A stretch of 64,000 bases of DNA from Octopus sinensis (GCF_006345805.1 NC_043002.1:46686001-46750000); one strand, 5' to 3'. Shown: positions 15,029 through 28,458, counted from the first letter of the stretch. Notes: generated by a model from the sequence alone, not told the origin. A program made the numbers and translations.

Positions 15029-15395
15029 CGCAAGAGTGGGTGTGTGGTAAGAAATCCCACTTCGGCCACCACCTTGGGCAAGTGCCTTCTATTATAGCCT
15101 CGGGCCGACCAAAGTTTTGTGAGGGGATTTGGTAGACTGAAACTGAAAGAAGCCGTCGTATATATATGTATATATTGTGTGTGTGTGTGTATGTTTGTGT
15201 GTCTGTGTTTGTCCCCCCAACATCTCTTGACAACCGATGCTGGTGTGTTTACGTCCCCGTAACATTAGCGGTTGGGCAAAAGAGACCAATAGAATATTAG
15301 GCTTACAAAGAATAAGTCCTGGGGTCGATTTGGTTGACTAAAGGTGGTGCTCCAGCATGGCCACAGTCAAATGACTGAAACGAGTGAAAAGAGTA
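15027..15395 (+). mobile_element. SINE family A with shortened head
   Basis: accttgggcaagtgccttc..gggccgaccaaag..aaggtggtgctccagcatggccacagtcaaatgactgaaac. Confidence 0.85.
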
Positions 15396-15446
15396 AAAAA
15401 AGGGTATATATATATGTATATATAAATATATGTAAATATATTTATA

Positions 15447-15479
<33 letters not shown>

Positions 15480-15644
15480 ACATACATACATACATATACG
15501 TATCACAGGCGCAGGTGTGGTTATGCAGTAAGAAGCTTGCTTTGCAACCACATGGTTTAGGGGCCGACCAAAGCGTTGTGAGCGGATTTGGCGGACTGAA
15601 AAGGTCCGTTGTATATATATATATATATATATATACGGTAGTGA

Positions 15645-15935
15645 AGGTGCATGGTTCAGTGGTTAGAGGGTCGAGCGTGAGGTTGTGAGTTCGAATTCCT
15701 GATCGGGCAGTATGTTGTGTTCTTGAGCAAGACACTCTATTTCACTTTGCTCCAGTTCACTCAGCTGTAGACATGAGTTGCGACGTCACAGGTGCCAAGC
15801 TGTATCAGCCTTTGCCTTTCCCTAGGATAACACTGGTGGCGTGGAGCGGGGAGGCCGGTAAGCATGGGACTTGTGTCTGGGAGGGTAACTTTCTAGGTGC
15901 AATCCCATGGTCAGTGTCGTGACCGAAGTGGGTCT
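15645..15935 (+). mobile_element. SINE family B (tRNA head with V/Meta-like segment)
   Basis: A-box-like tggttcagtggttagag, B-box gagttcgaattcc, then ttgtgttcttgagcaagacact..gctccagttcactcagctg. Confidence 0.75.
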
Positions 15936-15956
15936 CAGCATATATACGGTATTCTT

Positions 15957-16133
15957 TTATTCTTTTCTTTTATTTGTTTCAATCATTTGATTGCGGCCAT
16001 ACTGGAGCACCGCCTCAAGTCGAACAAATCAACCCCAAGACTTATTTTTGTAAGCCTAGTACTTATTCTATAGGTCTCTTTTGCCGAACCGCCAAGTTAC
16101 CGGGACGTAAACACACCAACAAAGGTTGTCAAG
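15957..16133 (-). mobile_element. SINE family A, 3' fragment
   Basis: Tail motifs present. Confidence 0.8.
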
Positions 16134-16310
16134 GTAAAATAATTTGAAAACTAGGTATAACTGTAAAAAATAACAGGGTAAAAGTTTTTATTTTTCATTC
16201 CCTTCGAAATTGCTCTTAATGTGCTTTTGGGGTGGTTTTGACTGCTTCTTCTAGCGTGCAAATCACCTGTTAAAAGGTAGTTTTTTTTCTTGTGTTTAAT
16301 GTACACTATC

Positions 16311-16375
<65 letters not shown>

Positions 16376-16424
16376 ATTCATTCTGATACGGTAAGAAAGC
16401 CTGAAAGTTTGGAGAGGTAGGTGT

Positions 16425-16590
16425 AAGTCGATTAGATCACCCTCCCCCCCCCCACCCGTGCTCATACTTGTACTTATTTCATTGAGACCCCCGAAAGGAT
16501 GAAAGTCGACCTCGGCGGAATCTGAACACAAACGTATAGAGCCGGAAGAAATCCCGCTAAGCATTTTGTCCGGCGTGCTAATGATTCTGC
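16425..16590 (-). mobile_element. SINE family C, degenerate
   Basis: ccccgaaaggatgaaagtcgacctcggcggaatc and head remnant gctaatgattctgcc. Confidence 0.7.
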
Positions 16591-17059
16591 CTTATAATAC
16601 ATATATAATGGAAAAACACCCTGCAAGCTACAATAGTCAATAAAATAGTAGAAAATTTTTAAGATTTATTCTTTTTTATGCGGTTCTTTGGTTGAGTTCC
16701 TTGCTGTAGATAACTAAGATAGCTAATATAATTCGATTACTGATGATAATCATTTATTAAACGATATTCCTAGAACTTCAAAATTGCATTAAGGTTTGAA
16801 TATATGCATGGCGGTGGCCTGTTGAAATTTTACAATCTCAAGAGAAAAAGAAAAAACTTATTTAAAAATATTAGAATGTTGTTTACTTATCCTTTCCACA
16901 GATTAATTCTGCTTTATTCAAAACTAAATTTGAAATTGCACAAGGAGTTTATAATAGACTTTTGTATACATACATGAAGCATCTTTAGTAGATAAATTAT
17001 AAACATTATCGGGAGAGGGAGAGTGAGTTAGAGCGAGAGAGGGAGAGAGAGAGACAGAC

Positions 17060-17101
<42 letters not shown>

Positions 17102-17880
17102 AGGGAGAGTTTACGAAAAAAAACCAAAGATGAAGACAGGTGGTGTACAAAACAGATGTATTAGTATAACGCTCAGGAATAGAAAAAGTCAGAGAGAGAG
17201 AGAGAGAGAACACAGAGAAGAAAGAGAGAGAGACAGAAAAAGAGAGAGAGACAGAAAAAGAGAGAGAGAAAGAGAGAGGGGGTAATATCAGGTCCTTTGT
17301 GTACGTGGTGTGCATATATGCATGTGTGCATGTATGCGTGTGTGTGTGTGAGACAGAGAGAGAGAGAGAGAGAGAGAAGGAGGGAGAACAAACCACAAAA
17401 TGTTACTATGTGTGTGTGTATTTGTATGCGTGTACGCAAGTGTGCACACATTTGTGTTGCGTGTGTGTGTTTGCGTGTGCGAGCGCGCGAGCACGAGTGG
17501 TATAATTATATGTGCATGTATAGTTAAATCTCAAACTTGGGATGGATTTTACGGGCTAGTTTTATTTAACTCTATAGTTTCTAGGAACGAAGCGGATAAG
17601 ACACAGATCGCCAACCCCCATCACTCCCCACCACCACCACACACACACGCTTCCATCTCTCCCACTACTTTACTGGATAGGATGCCGCACTATCCGAGGG
17701 AAATATTTCCTAGGCGATCTGCTACCTACCTATGCGTGACGGTTAGATGAGCTCAGGCGCATTGCTCAAATACGCAACGAAACGCCTGCAGCGCGGATAA
17801 GGAAGTCAAGACCTTGTAGCTTGGTGGTCCACGCACATGGAAATCTAACAAGAACGCGCACACACACACACACATGCATA

Positions 17881-17913
<33 letters not shown>

Positions 17914-18156
17914 GTCTCTGTCTCTGTCTGTCTCTCTCTTTCTGTATATGTATGTGTATATATATATATATATACACACATATATAAAGATATATATAGA
18001 TAAATACACCCAAATACACATGTACGCACAAAATAAATGGATAAGTAAATAGATAAAAAGATTTATATATATATACATACAAGATTACTTTGTATACATA
18101 CATTCATATATACATGTGTGTGTGTGTTGCATATATATATACATATATTATACATG

Positions 18157-18212
<56 letters not shown>

Positions 18213-18277
18213 AATTGAGATAGGGGTTGTGATTCCTCAGATTATTGATTAAGGTGTATTTCTCCATTTTCTGATTT

Positions 18278-18318
<41 letters not shown>

Positions 18319-18656
18319 CACACACACACAATAATCTGCTGTGTATGTATATTTCTTTAAATTCCATGAAATTTAATTACATATTATGATTCCTTATAAT
18401 TTAATTCCTTATAAGTTAATGTCAATATATGGATTCGTTTCTGCTCTCATGCAACACATTTTTCTCTCAGATTCATGCAGATACACAGATGCACAGGAGA
18501 ACACTTTTACACAAACGCACACGCACAGACACATACTTACAGAATAGACTCAATCACACACGCACGTATACGCACGCACACATACACACACTCATGCATA
18601 CATAGTCAAGCACAGTTACATTTACTTTACAACGCTAGTTACGTCTGTCACTGCAA

Positions 18657-18677
18657 TGACGTCATGTACTGACGTCA
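18657..18677. promoter_or_regulatory. Tandem perfect CRE palindromes (TGACGTCA twice)
   Basis: TGACGTCA at 18657-18664 and 18670-18677 in apparently non-repetitive sequence; function untested. Confidence 0.35.
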
Positions 18678-19248
18678 GAGTCTGCTGCAAACGTGGGGTA
18701 CGATATCCACTTGTTTTACTGAAGGGGGTTGAGGTGTTTCACTGAAGGGGGTGAGATTGGACACACAACAGTTGCACAAAATAATTTCTGCTAATTAACC
18801 TTATTTATATTTTTTTTTTATCTAACAGCTCCAGAATATATTGTATCCAGTAACTAACCCCTATCCAATCTCGCTTCAGTGTTTTATTATCAATTTACCT
18901 TAGCGTGTTTCACCACTACATAGCTGTCTGTCTGTCTGTCTGTCTGTCTGTTGTCTGTCTGTCTGCTTGCTTCTCTCTTTCTCTCTCTCTCTCTCTCTCC
19001 TTTTCTGCATGATTGTAAGTAAATATGCATGCATGCACGCATGTATGTATATATGTATGCATGGATATCTATCTATTTATCTATCCACCCATCTCTCTCT
19101 GTCGATCTGTCTGTCAATCTGTCAGTCTGTCTCAGTCTCTCTCTCTCTTTCTTATATATTTATTTATCTCTCTCTCTCTCTCCCCTCTCCCTCTCTCCCT
19201 CTCTCCCTCTCTCTATCTAACTATCTATCTGTCTCTTTCTTTCTTTCC

Positions 19249-19332
<84 letters not shown>

Positions 19333-19365
19333 CGTGTACGCGCGTACGCGCACACATGCGCACTC

Positions 19366-19431
<66 letters not shown>

Positions 19432-20259
19432 TTCTATCTAATTTATTGGAAGCTGAAGCTTCAAAATTATTACTCTCCGTTTCTCGACTATTATAAAAAA
19501 AAAAAACACAGAAAAAAGCAAAAAAAACACTAGACATGTACTTTGATATATAACGAGAGTACAGTAAAATATTGACATAAACTATCAAAGGGTATTTCCT
19601 CTGTTGTTTCCAAAACAGGGAAAAATTTGGCATTTGGCGAGACAAAAGGAATGGAATTATTCGTCGAAAACACTGTTTTAGGTATGAGAAGGTATATAAA
19701 TATGCATGAAAAATATTTTTAAATGTTTCCGGACGATTGTATGTATCTCTGTGTGTAGTTATGCCTGTCTACATATTATTCTTGGTAGCTTCACCCTTTC
19801 ACGGTAAATGTCTTTCAAAAGTGCTTTAAGTAACTTGCCACAAGCCTCTCGAAACACATGATTTATTAATTAATTAGGATCCGTAAAGTTTAAACGCCAA
19901 TGGTCGACCATCGGTCTTGCGATTCTTTTTGTAGAGATTAGTTTTCGCGCAAACGTCCAAATTACTGATATTATTTCAAGATAGCAAAGGATTAAATGAA
20001 TGTTCCAAATTACTTGCTTACTGCAAACGTTGTTCAAACATTTTACTTCGCAATTTTGCCCTTCTATTTCGTTACGATATTGTAACAACCACTTTTAAAG
20101 GTACGGTATTACTACGGGTTATTTTCCCTTTCATTGTTATTAGATTTTTCACACAGACAATTTTCAACATAGGTTTTTCATGTGTATGTGTGTGATTTTT
20201 AGTTACTAACAAAAAATACCGATATCTAGAATAAACAGAAAGGACAAGGATCGAGGCGA

Positions 20260-20455
20260 TATTCATCAAGTATCAGCTGTGCTAGATTGTCCATGAACGA
20301 CGGTTGAAGACTATCCTTTATTCTGAATTAGCTACAGGAAAACATCACCATCGAACACTACAACTGAGGTTCGAAGACATCCTAAAGCGAGACCTCACAC
20401 TCTTCCACATCCAACCAAAGATGTTGGCGACTGTCGCGAAAAATAAAGAGCAAAG
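20260..20455 (+). mobile_element. RTE-clade LINE C-terminal fragment
   Basis: Broken translation RLKTILYSELATGK..LRFEDILKRDL, resembling the RTE motif RLPKxILYSELxxG..xRFKDxLKRD. Confidence 0.6.
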
Positions 20456-20602
20456 ATAAAAAAGAATTGGAAAAATCTATGCATTCTTAGATGCAAACTC
20501 TTTTAGTGGGACAGAAAATACATGGGACGTCAAAGACAGCAGATGAGAAAGAAAAGGCTCGTCACCATTCATGTGAAACACCCAACGATCTTTTGCGTAT
20601 AT

Positions 20603-20645
<43 letters not shown>

Positions 20646-20719
20646 ATACCACACAAACACAGACATATATATGCACATAGATCCAATCCCACTCTCTGAA
20701 CAGGGACAACATAAATTCG

Positions 20720-21080
20720 AAAAGAAGAACTAGTCTATATCATCGAATATTGTCAGTGTCGCAGGTTTTCTCTCAGAGTTTTCCCCTCTCAGAGGGGCTT
20801 CTCACTTCCAGTGGGCCAACCGAGCGCCTGGACACCAACCCAGGTAATTCCACGTCCCCGCACATACACACGTGCATATACACATGTTGGATGGCTGTTG
20901 ACTGCTCATGAGCTTTTCCGCCCTTTGACAGCTCTTATTTTTCGTCCTGCAGGTTGTCCAACAATCACCTTCTTCACCAAGCAAGCTTAATGGGACTGCC
21001 AGGTTAGTCGCCGACGACCCGACCGTGCAACAGGTTGTACTGGGTTACATGTTACCAGCAGCGCCCAAGAGCGACCTGAC
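20720..21080 (-). mobile_element. Probable RTE-type LINE 5' UTR fragment
   Basis: GC-richer island abutting (TACA)n and containing ggaaaactctgagagaaaacc on the minus strand, reminiscent of RTE 5' UTRs (from memory). Confidence 0.4.
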
Positions 21081-21159
21081 ATACATACATACATACATAC
21101 ATACATACATACATACATACATACATACATACATACATGCCTACATACATAAAATAAAA

Positions 21160-21404
21160 TAAATGCGCCCTTTTAAAGCCTAGCCAGGCTCATGGGCCCG
21201 GTTTCCCAGTTTCTATGGCGTATGTGTTCCCCAGCAGGACGCCAGTCCATCGCAGTGTTACTCATTTTTGCCAGCTGAGTGGACTGGAGCAACGTGAAAT
21301 GAAGTGCTTTGCTCAAGAACACAACGCGTCGCCCGGTTCAGGAATCGAAACCACTATCTTACGATCATGATGCTGACACTCTAACCACTAAGCTACGCGC
21401 CTCC
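21160..21404 (-). mobile_element. SINE family B, well preserved
   Basis: ggaggcgcgtagcttagtggttagagtgtcagcatcatgatcgtaagatagtggtttcgattcctgaaccgggcg head, then gctccagtccactcagctggcaaaaatgagtaacactgcgatggactggcgtcc. Confidence 0.85.
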
Positions 21405-21424
21405 ACGCATACATACATAGGCCA

Positions 21425-22540
21425 ACAAAATTTTTTTTTTTCTTCTCAAAAAATTTGGATCTGAACTAGGGGGTTTTTGACACACAGAATCCAAAAATGA
21501 CATCCTTTTATTACCATCACGTCACGATTTTATGATATTGGATTCATAAAATTTCATCGTTTTGGGGGGGGGCGGGGTTCCCAGCAAAACAGCTTATGAG
21601 AATAAGGTATAACATGCAAACAGAAATTGATTTTACTTCAAAATCAAATCGTTTTCTTAAAATGCTACTGAAAAACTAGTAAAAATCTTCAAATTTTTAC
21701 AGACAGATTACATTATTGTTTATGCATAATTTCCCATGAATTTACGTTTGGATGATTTTCTTGAGTGCTGAACCCCAGGAGATCACGAGCCAAGTTCCAG
21801 CAATAATCCACCATCAAATGTAAGTCCTATTTGTCTTGATACTTTTGTTCTATTGATTTCTGTCCCGATGGAATCGTTCTCCTTGCTCGTCACTTGTGTC
21901 ATCAAGATTTTCAGGGAATTTATCAAGGTGACTCTGGAGATAGAGCGGCTTTCTGCTCATATTTGCTTCCAACTTTTGAAAGCTCTCCGCCTTATTGTCG
22001 ACTATTTCGGCTTTGTTGGCTGCTTTCTTGTTGCCTAAAAAGTAATTTACTGTTACAAATTAATTCTATGCAATTCATTGAATTTACAAAGTTCCCATGT
22101 TTTTCATCAATTTTCTGGCTCATCAAATACTCCAGGTACTCTTTACACTGCTCAGACTGAGAAATATGCTGCAAATATAGTGAAAGCATGGTCCATCTTT
22201 ATTCATTGCTTTAGCAGCTGCTTTATTATGCCAAGTTCAATATGGAATAGAGGTACGATGTTTTTTTTTTTCCAGTTGAACTAAAGGTTCTTGAACCACA
22301 CCAAAAAACTCTGGAATTACTGTCTCGCTGCTGCCATTCTTTGGTCCCCAATATTTTCCCCTCGACTCTTAATAAAATAAGATATAAATCGTAATGAACA
22401 CTCGTACTAAATTTCACAGGTAAACAATGTATTTTTCTGGAAAATAAGGAAAATTGAAAAACTTGCGGGGTTGGGTATCTTGAAACCTTGACGTAATGGC
22501 AAAAAACAGATTCCATTTTTGGATTCAGCATTTCAAGGAA
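21425..22540 (-). mobile_element. Degenerate DNA transposon, Chapaev3-like (CMC/Transib-related) transposase C-terminus
   Basis: Broken frames give PLFHIELGIIKQLLKAMNKDGPCFHYI, FLGNKKAANKAEIV and HLDKFPENLDDTSDEQGERFH..DYCWNLARD. Imperfect inverted repeats near 21485-21540 and 22470-22530. Family assignment is from motif memory. Confidence 0.65.
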
Positions 22541-22545
22541 CAAGG

Positions 22546-23062
22546 CCTGAACCTCGGGGGAAGGGTAAGTCAATTACATCGATCCCAGTGCTCAACTGGT
22601 ACATATCTTATCGAACTCCGAAAGGATGAAAGGCAAAGTCAACCTCACTGGAATTTGAACTCAGAATGCAAAGACGGTCGAAATACCTATTTCTTTACTA
22701 CCCACAAGGGGCTAAACACAGAGAGGACAAACAAGGACAAACGGATTAAGTCGATTATATCGACACCAGTGCGTAACTGGTACTTATTTTATCGACCCCG
22801 AAAGGATGAAAGGCAAAGTCGACCTCGGCGGAATTTGAACTCAGAACGTAGCGGCAGACGAAATACCTATTTCTTTACTACCCACAAGGGGCTAAACACA
22901 GAGAGGACAAACGAGGACAGACAAACGGATTAAGTCGATTATATCGAAAGGATGAAAGGCAAAGTCGACCTTGGCGGCATTTGAACTCAGAACGTAACGG
23001 CAGACGAAATACCGCTTAAGCATTTCGCCCGGCGTGCTAACGATTCTGCCAGCTCGCCGCTT
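22546..23062 (-). mobile_element. SINE family C head-to-tail trimer
   Basis: One head followed by three body units joined at gtaaagaaatag|gtatttcg. Confidence 0.85.
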
Positions 23063-23405
23063 TATCGATTTATACTCGCTAATATTTTAGATCTAGCATA
23101 TCTCACCCACAATTATTCCTTCTTCTGTTGAAAACACCCCCACTAAGCTTTTGGACTATTCTCTCTATTTTACTCACGTTCTTCCCACTCTTTTTAAGTT
23201 CGAACTGCTTCTTCTTCCTGTCTTCATAGAAAAAGACTATACATACATACAATTAACATTCTATTTTCATTTATACCACTCGACTCTTAGATCTCTTACT
23301 CTATTTCTCTTCTTCTTTTTAACGATGTAACTCCCTCAAAGCACCTCTATCATCACACTTTCATTTTCTCCACTAACTCCTACTTAATGTATATTTAACA
23401 TTTAA

Positions 23406-23621
23406 CTTTTACGTGTTTCAGTCATAGATCTTCAGTCATGCGGGTACACCGCCTGGAAAGGTTTCTGGTCGAACAAATCGATCCTAGTACTTTTTTCAAA
23501 GGTCCTGATACGTATTCTAACGGTCTTTTTCACCGAACCACTAAGTTACGGGGTGTGAACAAAACAACACTGGTTGTCAAGCGAGAGAAGCGGGACAAAC
23601 ACACACGTACACAGATACAGG

Positions 23622-23690
<69 letters not shown>

Positions 23691-23839
23691 GATAGATAGA
23701 TAGATACGACGGGCTCCCATGCAGCTGTCTACAACTAAATTCATTTACAAGGTATTGGTCATCCCTGAGCTACAGTCGAAGACACTTGCCCAAGAAGGTA
23801 CAAAGAGAGTTTCTTACCCACACAGCTATATGTGCGCCT
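23406..23839 (-). mobile_element. SINE family A, degenerate, with internal (GATA)n
   Basis: Tail motifs at 23410-23590, (GATA)n at 23622-23705, head remnants to 23839. Confidence 0.7.
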
Positions 23840-24135
23840 ACACACAACCATGCCATTTAAAAAAAAATAAATTTACTTTATTTTGAAAATTTAGCCACAG
23901 AAAAGTCTCCTGGTCTAATAAGGACCAACCGTTAAGGATTTCTAGATTGTTCTATAATTGTTCATTATATATTCCATTACTCACTTTACTTCATTTTCGT
24001 TTGGCATCAACTAAGCGAAACAATACAATTCACCACGAATCAATAAAATTAAGAAATAAACATTTATGACTTCACGATCTATGTTTTGGGTCCATAATTT
24101 GATAGTAGCTACTAGTTTCACAGTTAGCCCTTCAA

Positions 24136-24166
<31 letters not shown>

Positions 24167-24499
24167 TGTATGTGTACATGCATATGCATCTGTGTAAGTA
24201 CATGTGTGTATGCATATTGTTGAGAGTAAGATCAATACTCTCATGCTGCATCAGCGAAAATATTGGTAATTGCCCTGTAGTTCTGTTCAAGTTATACTAT
24301 CTCTATGGCACTTCACATGCGCAGGGATGTTCAGTTACCGATGTAGTCGTCTTTGTTTTAACACGGTTTCTGTCAGTGTTGAATAGCTTGTCGTCAGATC
24401 TGTGCGGTATGAGGTTTGGGCATAAGTAATAGTTTGCCATCGAGCATTGCTGAGAGGAAAATAGAAAAAAAGCATAAGGGTAGTTATACAACTAAAGAC

Positions 24500-25730
24500 T
24501 ATTGATATTAGGGAATATTAGTCACCGACAACCCCAACCATTTTACTACTATTATTCACAACAACGAAATGAAAGTTGATACATTATTTGAGTTTAAGAA
24601 AGCTTTCTATTCCATAACACTGCACTTCAGATTAAAGAGGAAAATACTGACATTTTCGGCGTAAGTAAAAGAAAGCAAAGGGTTTAGACAAAGCAAAGGA
24701 CGTAGTAGGCCTTTATATCATAGAAGATGTGTACGAGAATTTCTTTGTATTCACAGGATTGTATGGTTTATTGGTTCTTAGATAATTTGGTTCACAAATC
24801 ACCGAGTTTGTTAGTAAAAGTGCAAAAATTCTTCAAGAAATTGAGCTTTTCTGTAATAAATAGCTGAGGCACCATTAAAATAATCAACTTCATAGATGCT
24901 ACACTCAATATTAAGAAATCACTATACTCTCCCAACGAAGAGCTACCAGGAAAAATTTAACTATACTAAAAAATATTCTGAGCACCTTAAGAGCATTATT
25001 AAAACTCTGTAAGGAACATATCGCCAAAGCTACCCTCCTTTCTAATGCAGAAGCTTCCAAATAAAATTTTGAGTACCGCCACAAAGCCGTACAAAAAAGA
25101 TGGATGTATTGAACAAGTTAAACACGTTGCAAGCGTACAATTTCATCCTGCAAAACATAAGAAAGACATAAATTGGTACAACCTACTTTATAACATGCAA
25201 AAGCTCGTAACCAGACATCTCTTTAAATTATTACACAAATACTTCCCAACGCACCGTAAATATTCCCTCACCAGACACATCTGCCAAATTACAGGTACAT
25301 ACAATGAAATTTTTTAGATTAAACGAACACAATCACCAAAACACTTTGAACAACAACTGCATCAATTCAAGCATCTGCATGTTACAAAGAAACAACTAAA
25401 CAAAATTTATAATATACGGTGCATGTTTAAAACCAGCATATCTCTTCCTACGTTATATTAACGACGTACTACAAAAAAAAATAAATAACAATGTAAACAG
25501 TATACAAAATTCATTTCGGAACTTGACATGATTGTTTTTACTTCTTTATCTGCATACATATAGCACCTAAAAAAAACTCTAACACATGTTACACACAAAA
25601 CATGATCACTGCCAACATTGTATATTGAAATAATTTAAAATCCTGTTTTACGACTTCCAGCTTCTCAATAAACACTCAGAAATAATTTCGATCTCTAGAT
25701 ACAGGGCATTCCGAATTATTTTCTTATTGT
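24500..25730 (+). mobile_element. Decayed Penelope-like retroelement (RT, linker and GIY-YIG region)
   Basis: Fragments KAKDVVGLYII (cf. AEVCELVGLYIL), KIINFIDATLNI (cf. KxVNFLDVTLNL), KKDINWYNLLYN..HLFKLLHKYFP (cf. KRNIIWFNPPY..FLxLLDKHFP), NCINSSICMLQ (cf. NCRxKxxCPL) and LLNKHSEIIS (cf. LLNKRSELIS). Many stops and frameshifts. Confidence 0.65.
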
Positions 25731-25899
25731 CTCTCGTCCAACATAGCGAGAAGTTTCTTTAATGTGTTGCTATAGCAAAAAATAAAATTGAAATTCTTCT
25801 ATTTTGGGGGTTCTCACACCCAGACATCCTGGAAACTCCACACGTACTGTTTTCTCTTCAAAACGGCAACCACAAATGGATAAACACTTGAATTTCATA

Positions 25900-25947
<48 letters not shown>

Positions 25948-26174
25948 ATTATATATATATATATATAATATATATATATATATATGTTTAAGTAGTTGAA
26001 TGAATTATCCTAGTATGGATAATTCGGTTAACCGATACCCGGGTAGCAAATTTACGTCAGAAAGCACGGTTGAAGCTACATGCCAAGGGCAGAAATCACG
26101 TGCTTTCGTGTGGAAATTTGTGTGTTTTTTTATAGATAAATGAAAGAATGGAGTCGAACGACGATTTAACAAAA

Positions 26175-26272
26175 TTCCTTTATTCTCGACATATGTTTCG
26201 AAGACTGCATATTCTTAATTCCGAAGGAATAAAGGGTGCATTATGCCGTCTTCTCATCAGGAAGACAAGGAA
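26175..26272 (-). ncRNA. Type I hammerhead ribozyme motif (Penelope-type palindromic stem III)
   Basis: Reverse complement of the plus-strand motif: CUGAUGA (plus 26254-26260), stem II gaagac/gucuuc, GAAA, ACAUAUGU, GUC site at plus 26188. Confidence 0.75.
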
Positions 26273-26383
26273 CTTATGTCAGCATCAATGACTGCCCACA
26301 CGGAGTCCATAGTGATAATATCACTATGGACTCCGTGTGGGCAGTCATCTAAAAGTTTTTGTTCGTCATGATGCTGACATAAG

Positions 26384-26482
26384 TTCCTTGTCTTTCCTGA
26401 TGAGAAGACGGCATAATGCACCCTTTATTCCTTCGGAATTAAGAATATGCAGTCTTCGAAACATATGTCGAGAATAAAGGAA
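26384..26482 (+). ncRNA. Type I hammerhead ribozyme motif (Penelope-type palindromic stem III)
   Basis: Stem I ttccttgtctttc / gagaataaaggaa with an internal loop; CTGATGA 26397-26403; stem II gaagac 26404-26409 / gtcttc 26452-26457; GAAA 26458-26461; palindrome ACATATGT 26461-26468; GUC cleavage predicted after C26469. Confidence 0.78.
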
Positions 26483-26517
26483 TTTTGTTAAATCATCGTT
26501 CGACTCCATTCTTTCAT

Positions 26518-26635
<118 letters not shown>

Positions 26636-26654
26636 GTATATATATATATATAGA

Positions 26655-27150
26655 TATCGATGGGAGACTGAATCCATCGCCAGTACTTTTCAACATCCTC
26701 AACATCTTTTGGAGAAACATTATGCAGGAGACACTACGTGTGGCTTCTACACTTACATTTCCATCGGACGAGGCCATTTCTTTGCAGCCTGCATTTTGCT
26801 GACAATAACGACCTTATACGAGGCAGCGAAGCAGGACTTCAGGATCTCACTACCAAACTGGAAAGAGTGCCAAGAGCATATGGAACGGAAGTCAGATCAG
26901 ATAATAAAAAAAAGATTCTAATTAATAGCCACAGCTAGAATACAACAACCAATATGTTATTGAGCGGTCGAGAATTTGAAGAAATAAACAACTTCAAATA
27001 TTCGGTTCCACTTTGAGCAGGATTAATCACCCCCTCAGTGCATCTCACCATCTGCAATATTGTCATGTACCATGTTATTTGTCTGCGTCGCGAGCGACAA
27101 CTTTTCGCCTTAAAATTGACTACCGGTCTGGGATAAATAACCACGTTGAT
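26655..27150 (+). mobile_element. RTE-clade LINE RT fragment
   Basis: SPVLFNI..NIMQETL, LCSLHFADNNDLIRGSEAGLQDLTTKLE..AYGTEV and NNFKY motifs across frameshifts. Confidence 0.8.
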
Positions 27151-27431
27151 TTCGTATAATACCACTATATTCCCTCTTAACGTCTCCCCCCACCCACGCT
27201 GTCACCCCGTCTCTGTACACATTCACAATCCTGTCTCCGTACACATTCATCCTGCCACCAATAATACTACTCATCTACTGCACATAAGCACATACATTTA
27301 TGCCTTATTCTACCCACGCAACAGTACACAACATTACCAACACAAAATAATAAATAAATACATAAATAAATATATAGAAATGGGAACCAAAGTGAGAGGA
27401 AATCAAAGTCTTCAACTAGGTAACGCAAGAA

Positions 27432-27488
<57 letters not shown>

Positions 27489-27924
27489 TTGTGTGTGTGT
27501 GTGTGTATGTTTGTGTGTGTGTGTGTGTCTGCGTGCTGTGTGGTGTGTGTGTGCATGTGTGTGTGTATCAACGCATCTTTGTATTTACACCAGTCTAATG
27601 CCTGTCTTTATATTGAGTACTTTTAAATCCTATAACAAAGCAAGTCGACAGATGGAGAATGATAAAACGAGTACCGATTGAAAGAAGTACTGGAATCGAT
27701 ATTAATAAAACCCTAGAAGCCGCAGCTCCAGTCTGAAACCAGTAGGAGATTAAACGAATTTGTGCATGCAGAGTAGTAAACTGATAACTTGTGTATGTGT
27801 GTGTGTGCGTGTGTGTGAGTAAAATTGAGTAAAGTGTAGCGTCGGCGTTTTCATCTAAAAAATTTAGTTAAATGTATTTCTTCCTCCACATTAGACATAG
27901 AAGAACTACTTGCAAAATTTACAG

Positions 27925-28090
27925 ACGTGGGAGTGGCTGTATAGTAGGAAGTTTGCTTCTCAACCGCATGGTTCTGGGTTCAGTCTCCTCACTGTATGGT
28001 ATCTTGAACAAATGTTTTCTACCCAGACCAACCAAAGCCGTATGAGTGGATTTGGTAGATGGAAACTAAAAGAAACCCGTTGTGTGTGTA
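27925..28090 (+). mobile_element. SINE family A, 5' half
   Basis: gggagtggctgtatagtagg..gagtggatttggtagatggaaactaaaagaaacccg. Confidence 0.7.
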
Positions 28091-28458
28091 TGCACTCCCC
28101 TTTAAGCTATCTCCATCCCCTCTTTTCTTTATATTATCACCACTCCCCCATCATACATTCTCGTTTACCACCCCATGACCTACCCTTTGGTGTTGATATA
28201 GCCGGATGTAAAGTTCCATTTTCTTAGATAATAGAACGGTCTGTCATGATACTATAATTAATTTATAACTCTCCAAAGATCTAATTTTAGTTGTTTTGAA
28301 GGCTACATTCTCCCTGTTGTCTTCGATGTGTAGATAACGAGTTCATTACTCTTATTCATCCCTTCCTTTAGCTTATGCCAATTTCTGGTTTCACGACCGC
28401 TGTACAGCACTTTCTTTCATTCTGCCAAAAAAATTTAGCAGCGGAATCATTGTAAATA

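Noticed and set aside
22546-23062. Regularly spaced repeats that could be mistaken for a CRISPR array
   Set aside because: Units are about 180-bp SINE bodies with no unique spacers and no cas genes, in eukaryotic context.
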